DNA of 64,000 bases from Vitrella brassicaformis CCMP3155 (taxonomy: Eukaryota > Protista > Chromerida), in assembly GCA_001179505.1 (NCBI GenBank), contig CDMY01000781.1, forward strand, positions 62,001-126,000, read 5' to 3'. Position 1 is the first letter of the stretch, and each line of letters starts with the position of its first letter. The position numbers were made by a program, and so were the translations under genes. Below, piece after piece: positions 1 to 13,012 of this stretch. The notes beneath the pieces were generated by a model, which was not told where the DNA came from, ran no database searches, and was given only the letters and a program-made list of their open reading frames with translations.

Positions 1-1
1 G

Positions 2-1536
2 TCGGCACTGGAGCGAGCCAACATCACCACGGCCCACCTGCAGTCAAAGCTCGACAATCCCATCACCCTTTCCGACACCCGGCGCATCATGGACGCCGTG
101 ACGCCCTACCTCTTGATGCCGCCAGAGGACTGTGGCCTCGTGGATGCGGCCGTCACGTCGAGAGAGGACTGTGGCCTGGTGCAGCGTCGTGACGAGGCGG
201 ACGACCGTGGTTTTGCCCAGGATTCCATTGCAGACTGCAGCAGCCGCTTCTTCTGGCGCGTGCTGACTGGCAGACGGAGAGAGAAGCCCATACGCATTGT
301 CGACGTGGTGAGGAAACGAAAAGAGGTCGACAGAGCCACAACATGCTTTATGCGTCCGTCCATCCAGGTGCTGTTTGGCTACGAGCTAGATCTGCTCGAA
401 ATCCGCTTCCATGAGCTGGACGACGTCGTCGCCCACACTGTGTTGCTTGAGAATGAGTTGTCGATGAAGGGCGTCCCCAAGCCACTGATGTGGCAAGAGG
501 CACGGACACAGGAGAGGTTCGCCCGATTCGCCAATCGGACGTCATCGGCGGTGGTGCTGACCCGCGACACGCCCGTCAAGAAACGGGGCCTGTGGCCGTG
601 GGAGAGGGCCACGCGGCAGGCTGCCTTCCGAGTTGTGAGGATGGTGGACATGCAGGAAGGGCTTGAGCTTGACAATGACGATGTCATCATATATGGAGGT
701 AGGTGGCAACGTCTGCAGGCAGTAGGCGTGGTGCACGCCGTTCCTTCCTTTGCATCCTTGTGGCTTGGCCAGATTTGGATGAGATGCCCTCGGGTGAGTC
801 TCTTCGTCACCTGCAGCAGTGTGAGCCGCGGCCGGGGGTCTTTCCTCTCTCTGGCGGTCTCCTTTTCTTCATTGGGTAAGTCAGTCAGCCAGTCAGTCAG
901 GCACCCAACCGCCATACACAGGCGATCGCCGGCCGTGTCATTTCTGCCCGCCAAACAGTCGTTTGGATGAGGTGTATCTGAGTGACAGCCCCGTGCCAGG
1001 CTGGAAGTACCTTCTCGAGCGACCCTCGTACCACAGTGAACACCAAAGACAAGAGCACAGAGAAGGACAATGACACGACATCTCTGTGCGAATGCTTCTC
1101 TGGATGCAGGATGGCACGACGCCAAGCGGATTAGGAGGCTGGAGCAGCCCAAGAGGGTACGCCATCAGACAGATCTGTGCTCCATACCAGAATGGCATGT
1201 CCATGTGTGCAGCCGGGTGGGTACCTACCAGGAGGATGGCACCTCTCAGACTACCCCTTCCTGCCCTTCATCCTCATCAAGCGCATCACCATTTCCGAAT
1301 CGAGGGCACTCGAGAGCCACATATGGCGAGACGTGCTCAGGGGTGAAGTTCGACCTGATTTTCGGCCGCTGATGAAGGGATGGAAAAAGCGACTTACGAG
1401 ATTTGATGCGCTTGCGGCTCACAACGCGAGATACCGGATGCTGGGTGAGGTCGCGGGCAGGGGGCCGTGGTACCTGTTGTGTAATCGAGAGCGGTTTCCC
1501 GCTTGGTTTTGGATGAGAGACAGGCGACTCGACTGA
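2..1536 (+). CDS. Hypothetical protein, spliced, 5' end beyond the window
   Basis: The frame of ORF 89..970 is open from base 2 (SALERANITTAHLQSKLDNP...MDAVTPYLL). Splicing of the ~1158-1210 intron joins GWHDAKRIRRLEQPKR to PGGYLPGGWHLSDYPF...MRDRRLD*. The middle exons are uncertain and I recognise no family. Confidence 0.5.
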
Positions 1537-1865
1537 TGGATGTTTGCTGGAGGGGTGGGGTGGGTGTGTGGGTGTAGATAGAACAGATAGCATGTGCGTG
1601 ACTGACGTGTGGCCGGCCGGGTGTGTGTACATGTGTGTGCAGACAGACAGACAGACAGATCTTGTGGCTTCGTGCGGTGCGACAGATTGACAATTGTCAC
1701 ATCTCTCTCAAAGCTTAAGCTTGAGCAGCTTCGCAAACTCAGCATCCATCCATCCATCCATGCACGTCGTGCACGCACGCCACTCACACCACACCCAAAA
1801 ATCCATGGATCTCTTCCCTCGCCTCTCAGACACCCTCAGGCTATCATCTCTCGTCATGCCGTCGG

Positions 1866-3541
1866 TCAGCCCTTGGACACAGCGCCAGCTTCAGCTGGGG
1901 CGGTGGTAGTGGCCTGGCTGCTGTACTGCTTGATCATGGCGTTCTCCACCACACGGATGCACTCACTGATGTCCGCACCACCGCCTACTCACGGACCAAC
2001 AATGTCACACCTCATGTCACACAAGGGATGGATGGCCATTTGTGCAGGTCACTGACCCATTGCGCCAGCGAGTTCGTCCACCACAGGCTGGTGCTTCTCC
2101 AAGATCTGGTACGCTGCCAGGGACGACCACCTGAACAAAACAGAACGACAGACAAGCATGGATCTCGGCCCTCTCTCTCCTCCACTGCACTAACTGAGTG
2201 ACTTACCTGGGTATGGATGTCTGCTGGCCGCCGCTGAGCTGTGGCTGGGTCCGCTTCATCAGATTCTGGATGTAGTTGATGTCCACATCGGTGTCCTTGG
2301 CGGTCTTATACTTCAGCAGCTCGCCAGATATACCGCTGATGGCCACCACGCACAAGGGCTCGAGGGTGCTCCGCTCAAGAGGCTGCAGACAGCACAGGCC
2401 CAACAAGACAAGACAGCAGGGCAGGCACCACATTTTCTGTTCAGTGTGTGTGTGTTGGGCGTGGGGATAACCTGTCTTCTGTCCTGTGAGTCGTCCCTCG
2501 ACTCGTAGAACTCCACAAGAGAGGTCTCCGGAGCCTTGACCACTCGCCTCGGCGGGTAGCCCAACAAATACCCTGCACACACAAACACAGCCAATGCATT
2601 CATTCAAGGAGGCAGGCAATGTGCGTCCGGCGAGTCCCTCCGTCCACTGACTGACCGACGAGGAAGTGCGATGCCTCGTGCCACCGTCGCCTCTCCTTGA
2701 ACGACCCATCCGCCGCGTTCTGCACATTGGTGTAGAGGCCCAGCAGCACCCCCGGGTTGATGCTGCCTATCGCCACCACCACGATGGGCAGGGCCGCAAA
2801 CAGGTAGGTGAATAGCGCTCCCAGGTTGCCGCCGATGAACTGCGATGAACCAATGGCCTGCACACACACACACACACACACACTCACACGCTCGTCCGTG
2901 TGTCTGTGTGTCGACTGACTTACGAGTAGAGTCGATACTATGAGGGTGCCAACAAAAAGCCTTTGGAAGAAGTCCGTCTCCCCCGACTTGCTCTGGATGG
3001 CGTTGTCGTCACAGCCAGTGGAGGCCTTCCACGTGTACGATTCAACGTTGTAGTAGGACGGCCGCGCCTCGCTGTTCCAGTACCCAATCACCCCCTGCTC
3101 TTTCAGCTCGTCCAGCTTCGTGGCGCACGCCACGGCGCTGTCCAAGGGCAGCTTGGGGACAGATGCCACGGGAGATGTCAACAGTCTCGCCTCTGCAGGA
3201 GGGGGCGCAGCGGCTGCATTGGTCTGCGGAGCGTCAGCAGGCTTCATAGCCGCCTGCTTGGCTGCCTCAGCCTCCTGCCGCTGTCGGTCCGCCTCGTCAT
3301 CTTTGGCCTTTTGGACCTCCATTGCACTGGCCTCTTCCCGGAGCTTGGCCGCCTCCTCGAGCAGCTTCTGCACGTCTGCATCGTCGCTGGAGGCATAAAG
3401 ATGGTGGCGAGGTGGCCTCCGTCTGATGCTCTCCACAGGCAGGTGTGGGCGAGGGACGCTGAGAGTGAATGTCGATGGCTGAAACGCCAGGGCATCGTAG
3501 ATGCTCAGTATGGCAAGGGCGCTGGCCGTCAAATACCACAT
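1866..3541 (-). CDS. Plastid-targeted peptidase M41-like (FtsH-protease-domain-only, VIR3-like) zinc metalloprotease
   Basis: Leader MWYLTASALAILSIYDALA-FQPS followed by a transit-like region. Two TM helices, then RRWHEASHFLVGYLLG (HExxH), LEPLCVVAISGISGE, RWSSLAAYQILEKH and ISECIRVVENA. GT-AG introns join in frame to TGA at 1866-1868. Confidence 0.8.
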
Positions 3542-3561
3542 TGTCCTTCCCTTCGCCAAGC

Positions 3562-3570
3562 AAGCTCGCA
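3562..3570. promoter_or_regulatory. Candidate upstream motif AAGCTCGCA (VIR3-like/YPI1 divergent gap)
   Basis: Exact 9-mer, 21 bp from ATG 3541 and ~130 bp from ATG 3702. Confidence 0.55.
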
Positions 3571-3701
3571 GCCGTTGGCTTAGGGTATTTCCATGAAACC
3601 GCTGTTGCCAAAAATTCGTTTGTTTTGCTTCTCCACGCTTCAAATTGCCCCGCTTCTCTTCCTTAGCAGACCAGTACCGTGCCTTTGGCCCGTACTTAGC
3701 G

Positions 3702-4479
3702 ATGCAGGCTATCAGAGGTCAGACGGCCGTGGTGACGGTACAGGCGGCAGTTCCGGCGCCCCCCGCCGAGCAGCTGCAGCTGCTGACCCTCCAGCCGGCG
3801 CCTCAGCACCACAACGTGACTTGGGAGGAGGGCACTGTCGACAATGAGCACATGGACAAGAAGAAATCAAAAAGTGCGTGAGCCGAAGCTCGAAGCACGT
3901 CAACACGAGGAGGCCAGCATGTGACTGACACTGTGCGTGTGGTCGTGTCGTGTGTGCGTCAGAGTGTTGTATCTACCACAAGCCGCGTGAGTTTGGCGAG
4001 AGCTCATCGGAGAGCGAAGGTGGGGATCTGATCTGCGTTAACGGAAAACACACACGCGTGTTGGAAAACACACACGCGTGTTGAGGGATGGGGCAGGCAG
4101 GCAGGCAGGTCGGAATGTATGTACGTATGTAACTTTCTTATCTATCCATCGGCTTGTTTGTCGCAGGTGACGACCACCCGTGCAGCCACCAGCACTGCAG
4201 CCACCAGCACAAGAACAAGAAGAAGAACAAGAAACCGATACCTAAGTACGTACGAGCTCTTTTAACCAGAAAGTACGTGCGTATAGACAGACGAGGGCCA
4301 CGACCGCTCCAGGGAGACAGACCTCAATCTCAATCATCCCTTTTGTCTGCGTCTCCGTCTGTCTCCCTGTGGGTGGCTTCAGGAAGTTCCCCGATGAGCA
4401 GCAGCAGCAGCCCCAGGGTGGGCCATCTGGTTCTGGTCCCCAGCAGCAGCCCCAGTCGTCGAGTGGGAGCTCTGGCTGA
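3702..4479 (+). CDS. YPI1: Protein phosphatase 1 inhibitor-3 (PPP1R11/Ypi1 family)
   Basis: Four exons give [38 protein letters not shown], the inhibitor-3 signature (RVxW-type motif plus VDNEH...KSK.CCIYHK). Exon 1 is 3702-3873, exon 2 is 3963-4019, exon 3 starts at 4167, and the stop is at 4477-4479. Confidence 0.92.
4043..4082. repeat. Perfect 2 x 20 bp tandem duplication (ggaaaacacacacgcgtgtt) in YPI1 intron 2
   Basis: Read directly at 4043-4062 and 4063-4082. Confidence 0.95.
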
Positions 4480-6156
4480 GTGTCCACACTTTTCCCTCGG
4501 CCTATATGCGGTGCGGTGTCATGGTACTGTAGGTGGTGGTCTCGTCTTTCTCTCCATCCGTGCACGTGTCCCGTGCGGTCACATGCGTGTGGGGTGCACA
4601 CTCGTGTTTCCATATTGACTGGCTGCCGATGGCAGGCAGGAAGAAACGGGGTCAGGTCACCATGTCTGTGCTGTGCCGCTCAGAGTCACGCCATTTTCGC
4701 CTGACCGGCCATCGTGCGACAGTGTGTGGGTGGGGTGGCTGACTTATATGACTTCTTTTCGTGCGTTGCTGCCCGCAATGTTTTTCAGTGTCGCGTGTAC
4801 TTGTGTGTGTGTGTGTGTGTGTGTGTATAGATGGGGAGGAGTGGAGGGGACCAGCAACGGGAGGGAGTGACAGGGGTGGAGTGATTGATTAATGGACGCA
4901 CCAATGTGTGTGAGTGAGTGTCTTATGCTTGCAAAGATTTACCACACCAGTCTGGTAAGAGTCCGCCAAGCAGACCAACGACAGTCACACACACAGACAC
5001 GCTCATCCATCCATCCATGCACACATGCGCACACACCAAGCAGGCACCATCCATCCATCCCTCCATCGGTCCGTCCGTCCGTGTGTAATGTAATGTAGGT
5101 GATGTGATGTGATGTATCTCTGCACGGACTCGTAGCCGCACCACAACTCGCCTGCCTCCTCTACTGATACAACACCACACCACACCACCCGCACAGCCAT
5201 CACGCACATCCACTCTCCTCCTTCGGTCAATCAGTCAGGCAGCCAGTCAGGCAGCAGAGGTGGAAAAATGTCAGCACCACACCAGGACACGACACACACG
5301 ATCACTCAGGTGTCTGTCGTGGGATAATGGGTGGGGGTGGGGAAAGAAAGCCTAGGTGACTAGCTGGCTGGTGGGTGGCCATCGGTGGGGTGGGTGGAAC
5401 AAAACCTGTGTTCTTCCTGCGTGTGCGTTAAAACGTGCGTGTGTTGGCTGGCATGGGTCGAGTCCCTCTCCTGTCTCTTCTGTCTGTCTGTTGTGGGCTT
5501 CGCCGATCGCCGACGCCCCGAACCGCGTGACGGCCATGTGCAGTGTCGGATGGTCGACCGGCACATGTCCATCACGACGTCTGAGGACATCATCAACTGG
5601 TGAAACCACACGACGACCAAGCAGTATACATACAAGGAATGCCATTTCCGTCAGAAGGGCCTCTTTGTCTGTCTGTCTGCCTGTCTGTCTGTCTGCTTGC
5701 AGCCATCCACCAACACACGCACGCCTCGTGTGTGTGTGTGACGGACGGACGGGCCGGCCAATCCCACGCCCCTTCCTCCCTCCTCGATTGACGAAAAAAA
5801 TGATCAAAGAACACGCGCAGCGACGACGAAGCGATGCACAACATAGGCACGTCACGGCACAGCACGACACGACACGGCACCTCACGGCACCTCATGGAAG
5901 ATACGCACATCATACGATCGGTTGTTTGCACATCGTCAAAACACCATCAGACACCCACACAGACGGACGGACCGACGGACGGACAGACAGCTTTTCCCTC
6001 TTAGTAGTACACTTCGCCCTTTCTCTCCTCTCCCCTCTGTCTTCAAGTCAGTCAGGCAGTCAGTCGGTCAGTCAGTTGGCTATCGTGCGTGGCTAGGTAG
6101 CCCTCGGGCTCTCAAACAGTCTTGCTTACAGTCAGTCATGAGGTGTACCTGTCTGT

Positions 6157-9100
6157 CTATCTGTGTCTTCGCGAGGCGGCCTTGATGTGAGGGGGCGGCG
6201 GGAAGATCCTGCGCAGCTTCTTCACCGACCTGCACCGCACCCATCACACAACGGACAGAGATCACACGGATGGGACGAGGCATCCATCCCCGTCTGTCTG
6301 TGTGCATGTGTCTGCATGTGTGTGTGTGTGTGTGTGTGAGGGACATACTTGAAGTAGGACTGCACTAGCTCCTCCCACTCGTCCTGCAGGGCCTTCTTCA
6401 TCTGGGACACACCAACACACCAACCAACCAACACACCACACCGCCACACAACGACCAGTGAGCCCAGCAGCTGCGGCTGTCTGCGGCTGTCCTCTCCTGG
6501 CTTCCATCAAGTGTGTGTATGTAATGCGATGAGATGGGTGCAATGCATGGGCGACAAAAAACCTCTACATGGATGGATGGTTCGTGTGTCGATATACACA
6601 CGCATCCCTTCTCATCTCCTCTCCTCTCCTACTCTCGATGTGTGAACGTGGTGTGTGTGGTGCCGTGTCGTGTTGTATGTGTGTATGTGTGTGTGTGTGT
6701 ACCGTACCCAGTGTCTAGTGAGGGTGCGATCACCGTTCCACATGTCACACAGGCAGAAGTAATCCAAGTCACCCTAATCAATGACGGACGGACGGACGAG
6801 GAAGGGAAGAACGCCGAGACCACAAGGGCGGTGGACGAGATGGGATGAGATGAGCAGAGACAGATGAGAAGAGACGAGGAAGGGTACATGCCAAACCACA
6901 GCACAGCACAGCACAGCAGCAGAGGGGAAACAGTGAGTACAGTGAGTGACTACGCACAGAGCTAGCTACCGTGCTACTGTTCTACGGCGGCCATGACTAA
7001 TACCTCCATCCCAACCTAACTGCCCGTCTCCCTACCTCCCTGCCTGTCTGCCTGGCTGACCGCCCTCCGTCCCTCACTCACCTCTTCCTTTGAGACGGTA
7101 TGGAACTCCTCGATGAGGTCCTTGCGCACCCGGTGCTTCACACTAAGGCGGTAGGTCTGCAGCCAGTCACCATCCTCGCCGCCACTGCCACCACCGGCCC
7201 CGCCCAGACCCAGAACCAGCCCGTTGGACGCACTGCTGGACGAGGGCACTGCCTCCAGCTCCATGCTGTCGCTGTGGTGGCCATTGTGGTATCCGTTGGT
7301 GTGGCCGTTGCTGCTGGTGCCGGGCGCCAGGTATGACGGTGGGATCTGCGCCGGCAGGGGATGCGGCAGCAGACGAGCGAACTGGAGCACCTCCGTCATC
7401 CTGATTGACAGATGCCAACGATATGCGCAGGGAGGGAGGGGAGGGAGGGAGGGAGGGGAGGATAGTGTGTGTGCGTAAGGTAAGTGTCGTTGTCGACCGA
7501 CCGAGTGGCCTGCTGTTTGGTTTCCTTCATGTTGAGAACGAGGCAGTCGATGGTAGGAATGGAGCCCGTCGCGTCGCCCTTGCCCGCATCCGGATTCACC
7601 TTCTTCTGCACCATAAATGGGACGGACGGACAGACACCCACACAGACCAGACCATACAGGATGGGATGCAAAGCATAGACGAACTTTCGTCGTGTTGTTG
7701 TGTGCCGCTCACTGACTGACCATCTTACGCCCCTCGCTCCTGCCCATAGACCGTTTCCCTCGCCCCCCGCGCAACGACATCCCCGACCGACCGGTGCCGT
7801 GGTGGCTCGCACCACCACCAACGCCAACGCCCCCGCCCCCAGCGGCTGCTGCCGCACTACTGCTACTGGCCCCGCCGCCATCCCTGCCCCTCGCCCGGCT
7901 CCTGGTGCTCATGGCCACGTCCCTGGCGGCCACCGCCGGCACGCCGCTGTCGATGTCCATGCCATCACCCACACTCAGCCGGCGCTTCTGGCTCCGGCGG
8001 GACATGCCACCAGACGCTGCACTTGCCGACGCGGCTGCGGCTGCCGACGATGCTGCACCAGGGACGCCGTTGGGCATCATGAGTCCGGCCATGAGCACGT
8101 CGGACTCCTCCGACTGCTGGCGCTCGGCAGCCGACCGCGTCCAGCGTCTGCTGCTGTCGCGCGGGGGCCGCCCGCCACTCGAGGCCCCCGTGTCGTTGAG
8201 GGCGTTGTGGAGGGCGCGGGTGCGGTTGCGCGTGCGGTCTAGGGGGAGCTCCGGCTGGAAGTGGCCGTTGGTGAGGCCCAGGCCGCTGCTGGCCGGGAAG
8301 GCCGCTGATGCCGAGCTGGGAACCTCTGCCCCTGGGGGAGGGGGGTAGAGTGCGAGAGGGGACACGAGGTTGCGATCGATGGCTAGCTTGACCGTAACGA
8401 CGTCACGCAGCTGGACGAACGCCGGGGCAGGGTCTTCGACGCCCATCTGGTGGATGGATGGATCACACACACAGCACAGAGGGACGGGGAGGGGAGGGAG
8501 GGGGAGGGCGAGGGGGAAAGACGTGTCTCATGGTGTGGTGGTGTTGCGCTCTGTGGGTTGGTGTTACCTGCCCGACGTCGGGATCGTCCAGGGTCTGCTG
8601 ATAGATCAGCTGCAACAACTCCATACCAACTCCTGCACACACAACACAACACAACACAATGCCGCTCTCCCATCCCCGTCTCCGTGCAGTGAGTGCATCG
8701 CACTGACTGACCTTTTCTCTGATAGTGCGGGAAGATGAGGAACTGCGAGAGGCGGCGGCGGCTGCTCGGGAGGCTCCAGAAGGTGTAGGTGGTGGCAAAC
8801 CCGCAGAGGCTCAGGCACCCCGGCCGCCCGCTCGACGCACGGGGTCTCAGCTTGCGGCTGTGGGACGGGTAGTCGACGCCGCCAGGCGACGTCAGGGGCC
8901 GCTTGTAGGCGACGTACACGTGCCACCGCTCATCCTGGTCGATCTCCGAGATGCCGTCGATGAACCAGTGCAGGAACCACTCCATCCGCCGGTGGAGCGA
9001 CTTGAACTCGCTATCGTCGAAGGTGCACCGTCTCACCTCGATCTGCTCGTCCCCCGCCCCCGCCGTGTGCCCCAACACCCCCACCCGCTCCCCTGGCGGC

Positions 9101-9499
9101 AGGAATGGCCACCCACGGGTCGTCCGACACTCGAGCTTGGCCACGAAGTCATGCTCCGAAGGGCAGAACCCGCCCGGGAAGGCCACGTTGGTGAGGCAGG
9201 CCATGACGCGCTCGCGGGAGGCCTGGAAGGACGGGCTCTCGCCCTCCACCTTCACGAACAGGTCGAAAGTGTCCGGGATGTAGTAGATGCGGACTGCGAG
9301 CTCCTCGAACCCCATAATGACCTGGTCGGTGTCGAAGAAGTGGTGGGCGAAGGAGGGCGAGAAGGTCACCGGCGGCTTGCGATAGTCGTCTAGGCACTCG
9401 CAGGGGTGGAAGAAGACGCTAGAGAGGGCGTTGACGCGCAGCGAGCGGGTGCCGACGCGACCTTCGAGCCTCTGTTTCTTGGATGACGGCTCCCCCATG
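6157..9499 (-). CDS. HAT1: Histone acetyltransferase type B catalytic subunit
   Basis: FSPSFAHHFFDTDQVIMGFEEL, LHRRMEWFLHWFIDGISEID, GFATTYTF, RLSQFLIFPHYQRKG (acetyl-CoA motif A), VEDPAPAFVQLRD, YRLSVKHRV, and C-terminal WEELVQSYFKSVKKL. Start at MGEPSSKKQRL is assumed; stop TAG at 6157-6159. Confidence 0.9.
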
Positions 9500-9684
9500 C
9501 TACTGGGGTTGCTCGACGCCCCCTGGTGGCGGCGTGAAGATGACGAAGAGGTGATGGGCAGTCGGAGCGGCTCAGAAACGGAAGGGGAAGTGCCCTCGGC
9601 CGGCTGGGGGTGAGCTCGGGTGCTCCGGCGCGGCCATACACGATCTAGTAACCCAGTTAACATCGTACACCATCCGCCAGCCGA

Positions 9685-9873
9685 TGCGAGCTCACTCCAC
9701 TCGGATCGGGGTCGGCAAAATCGCCTCAAAATTCAGTAATTGTTGACGAATCGTGGGGAATACGCATAGCTCTCTGGTATGCCCTTACTGTTCCCACTCC
9801 TCTTCTCGAAAGGCCACCCGCGATCAGGGTTTCGTTAAACAATCACGCCCTAACTCCCCAATTTGAGCTCGCA
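9685..9873. promoter_or_regulatory. Two candidate motifs, TGCGAGCT (9685-9692) and AGCTCGCA (9866-9873), in the HAT1/transporter divergent gap
   Basis: Exact 8-mers in opposite orientation; a near copy GGCTCGCA follows at 9874-9881. Confidence 0.5.
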
Positions 9874-9972
9874 GGCTCGCATGTGGATCCAAGTCACACA
9901 ACACGTAAGAATGAGAGAATGATGGTGCTGTGCGGATTTTGACCTAGTACGTGGACCACCATTATTGCCGCC

Positions 9973-12900
9973 ATGTCTGGTGCTCCCGCTCTGAAGCGGG
10001 GTGCAAGCAGAGTGGTCAAGCTCGTGAGGAGCGCCTCGTACGTCCTGGAACACACCTCAGCTGCCACCCTTGCGGAGTCGGCCTCAATCACTCTCGCCAT
10101 TTACACCTTCTTCTTTGCCTTCGGTGAGGAGAGGAGAGGGGAGGGGTGTGCTACGGGAGAGGACGACGCTCTGTGTGTATTCGGGTGTGTGTGTGTCATT
10201 GCAGGCCTTTCGCAGCAGAAGATATATCAATATGGCACAGGTGAGCAACACACAGCAAACGCCATGTGCTGGTTGTGTTGTGCGTTGGTGACTGTGTTGT
10301 GTGTGTTGTGTGTGTGTTGGTGGTCTGTCTGTCTGTCTGTCTGCAGGGCACGACAAGTTCCGCTACAGCAACTTCCTGCTGCTGGTGTCATCGATGGCCA
10401 ACTTCGTGCTCTCCTTCGGCATCATCCTGGTGCGGAAGCGGTTCTCGTGGCACCGTGCCACACAGCACCTCTGCACAAAGGCCGTCCTCAACCGAGTCGT
10501 CTTCCTCGGTGAGCGAGCGACTCGATGCTCACATGGATGATATGTGTCGATTGGTGTGGTGGTTTTGATAGAGATCTTTTACTGTTCGCTGACGAGTGTG
10601 CTGGGCAAGGTGAGTGGGTACCATGCCCTGACGCTGGTGGACTACCCCACACAAGCACTGGCCAAGTGCGCCAAACCGGTAGGTAGGCAGGCAGGCAGGA
10701 CAGACGGCAGGCAGGGAACCCTCCACTCCTTTGCACTCTCCTGCTGTGTGGGCGATAGGAACGACGTGTGTCTGTCTTGTCTGTCTGTCGAGTGCAGGTG
10801 TCGATAGTGATATTGGGGTTCCTCCACTTCAAGCGTCGGTACAGCACCAGCGAGGTCGTCAACGCCTTCTGGATCGTCGGCTCACTCGTCATATTCAACC
10901 TGGCCAACATCAAAGCCGCTGAAAACAATGTGGGGGGGGCGAGCAAGCAGCGAATGGACGGACATCGGGAGGCTCACCTCACTTGGCATCTGAGGTGCGC
11001 GCGCGTGTGTGTGTGCAGGCTGTCAACACTCTGTGGGGTAATCTGATGCTGCTCTTCTCGTTGACGTGCGATGGGATGACGGGATCACGGTACGCCTTGC
11101 TTGCGATCCGCTGAGCGCAGAGCACAGGAAGCCCGCTGCCCATGTTCTCTCTGTGTTTGTTGGTCGTTCAGGCAGGATGTGTTGTCGCGTCAGTTCCGGT
11201 TCACGTCCTACGAGATGATGTGCGTCCTCAACGGATTCTCAATCGTATTCGCGAGTAAACACTGAACCAACCACGACAGGCAGACGAACACACTGACCGA
11301 CCAGCTCCCTCGTGTACCATGCCCATTTCCCCCTTCTCTCTGTCAGTTGGCGGCATGGTGGTGGTAGAGGGTGTGTCGGCCCCCCTGCAGTTCATGGCGC
11401 GCTACCCCGACATCAACGCAGACGTACTCATCTTTTGCGTATGCGGCGCACTCGGGCAGTTCGCGTCGTTCGTGGGCGTGCGGCGTTTGGGGGTGCTGCC
11501 CACGACGCTCATCACCACCACACGCAAGCTCTTCATGGTGCTGGTGTCGGTGGCCTGGTTCAACACCTCTCTCGCCATGTCGCAGTGGGCGGCCGTCGCC
11601 TCCATCTTCGTGGCCGTGGTGAGTGAGTGAGAAAACGCCCCAGAGAGAGACGCGCACAGGAGTACGGGCAGACCAGACACGTGTGTGTGTGTGTGTGTGT
11701 GTGTGGATGTCGTTCCTCCCTCAGATATGGAAGCACTCTCAGAAGAAAGAGAAGAAGACCATCCTGCGGTCGGTGTCGACCCCCGACATCAAGAGCAGGG
11801 CCGAGGTGGACGTGGCCGACATCGGGCCGGCACCCGACCTCTCCCTACCCCTCCCAGCGACAGCCGACCACCCCATCAAAGGCACCATGCCGCCCCTCTC
11901 TCTCCACCAGCACCCCCTCCCCTCTCTCGAGCTCTCACACCACCATCACATGGCCATGCGCGGCCCCAGAGGCGCCGCAGACGACTCCCTCGTCGTCAGC
12001 AAGGGCTCTCGGTTCCTCAACAATCCGGGGCTGGACGACCCTGCCACGGTCAATCAGCTCGAGCAGCAGGTGCACTGTCTGCCCATTTCACCGTCGCACC
12101 ACGCCGTCCCCCCACCCCAGCAGACCAAGGAGTCGTCGATGCAGCCCCTGCGGCTGCCCGACTCGGCTGCGTCAAGCACCACCTCAGGCGGCAGCTCCCC
12201 CGGGACGGCGGAGAGCGGCCCGCCGAGGAACGCAGAGGCGTCTTCATCCATGGCGGCTGTTGGCTCGTGGTCGTCTCTGGTGGTGCGCGTCCCGACGCCT
12301 GTGCTTCAGCCGCAGGAGATTGCCCATATTAGCGGTGGCCTGACCGTCCACACGGGCAGGGGTGATGCACCCCATGTGGCACCTCCGTTGGAACCGATAC
12401 GAATGTCGAGGACCCCCAGCCCCATGGTATGGTAGCACACACACACACACACACACTCACACAGAAGACGCATACAGACGATCTGTTTTGCGTGTCTTGT
12501 CCTGTGTTTGTTATGTGCAGCTGCCTGGCGATGCGGCCGGCGGGCAGGTGTGGCGGCAGTCGTCCCCCCTCCCCCTCATCCAGCCCCCCAGCGACCTCAC
12601 CACCCTCCCCCACCCCCTGCCCCACCCCCACGCCTATCACACCCACACTCACAGCCACCTCGACGAAATGGTCACGTCGGATGCAGACCAGCTCCACCAC
12701 GCGAGGAGGAGGGAAAAGGCGACGGCAGGAGGCGGCGAGATGCTGCTGGGGCCGGAAGGAGATGTCGAGAGTGGCGTGAGGTCGGGCCATGGTCATCTCA
12801 GCGAAGGGGAGGAGGACGATCATGGCCACCACCATGGGCATCCGTCACTCATGCAGGCGGCCAAGAGGTCAGTCAGTGAGCCCCAACCACAAAGACCACT

Positions 12901-13012
12901 TGGACAGCAGACGGATGCTGCACTGCATGGGTGTGTAATGAATGTGATTGATGTGTGTAGGTGGTGGTATAGCGGCGGTAGCATCCGGAAGCCGCCCCTC
13001 TTACAGGCCTAA
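9973..13012 (+). CDS. Nucleotide-sugar transporter, UAA/SLC35B family (UDP-galactose transporter-like), with a long C-terminal extension
   Basis: Spliced product has YHALTLVDYPTQALAKCAKPV, SLTCDGMTGSRQD, CGALGQF and TLITTTRKLFMVLVSV, all typical of SLC35B1/HUT1, with about 10 TM helices. Introns are GT-AG; stop TAA at 13010-13012. Confidence 0.85.

Noticed and set aside
5352-5885. ORFs on both strands around 5480-5600 that look partly coding (DDVLRRRDGHVPVDHP / MVDRHMSITTSEDIINW)
   Set aside because: They are embedded in microsatellites between two convergent stops, have no recognisable motif, and I found no consistent exon chain. Probably UTR or intergenic.
6770-6850. Purine-rich stretch translating as DEEGKNAETTRAVDEMG
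   Set aside because: It lies in a HAT1 intron on the opposite strand; the flanking HAT1 exons join in frame without it.
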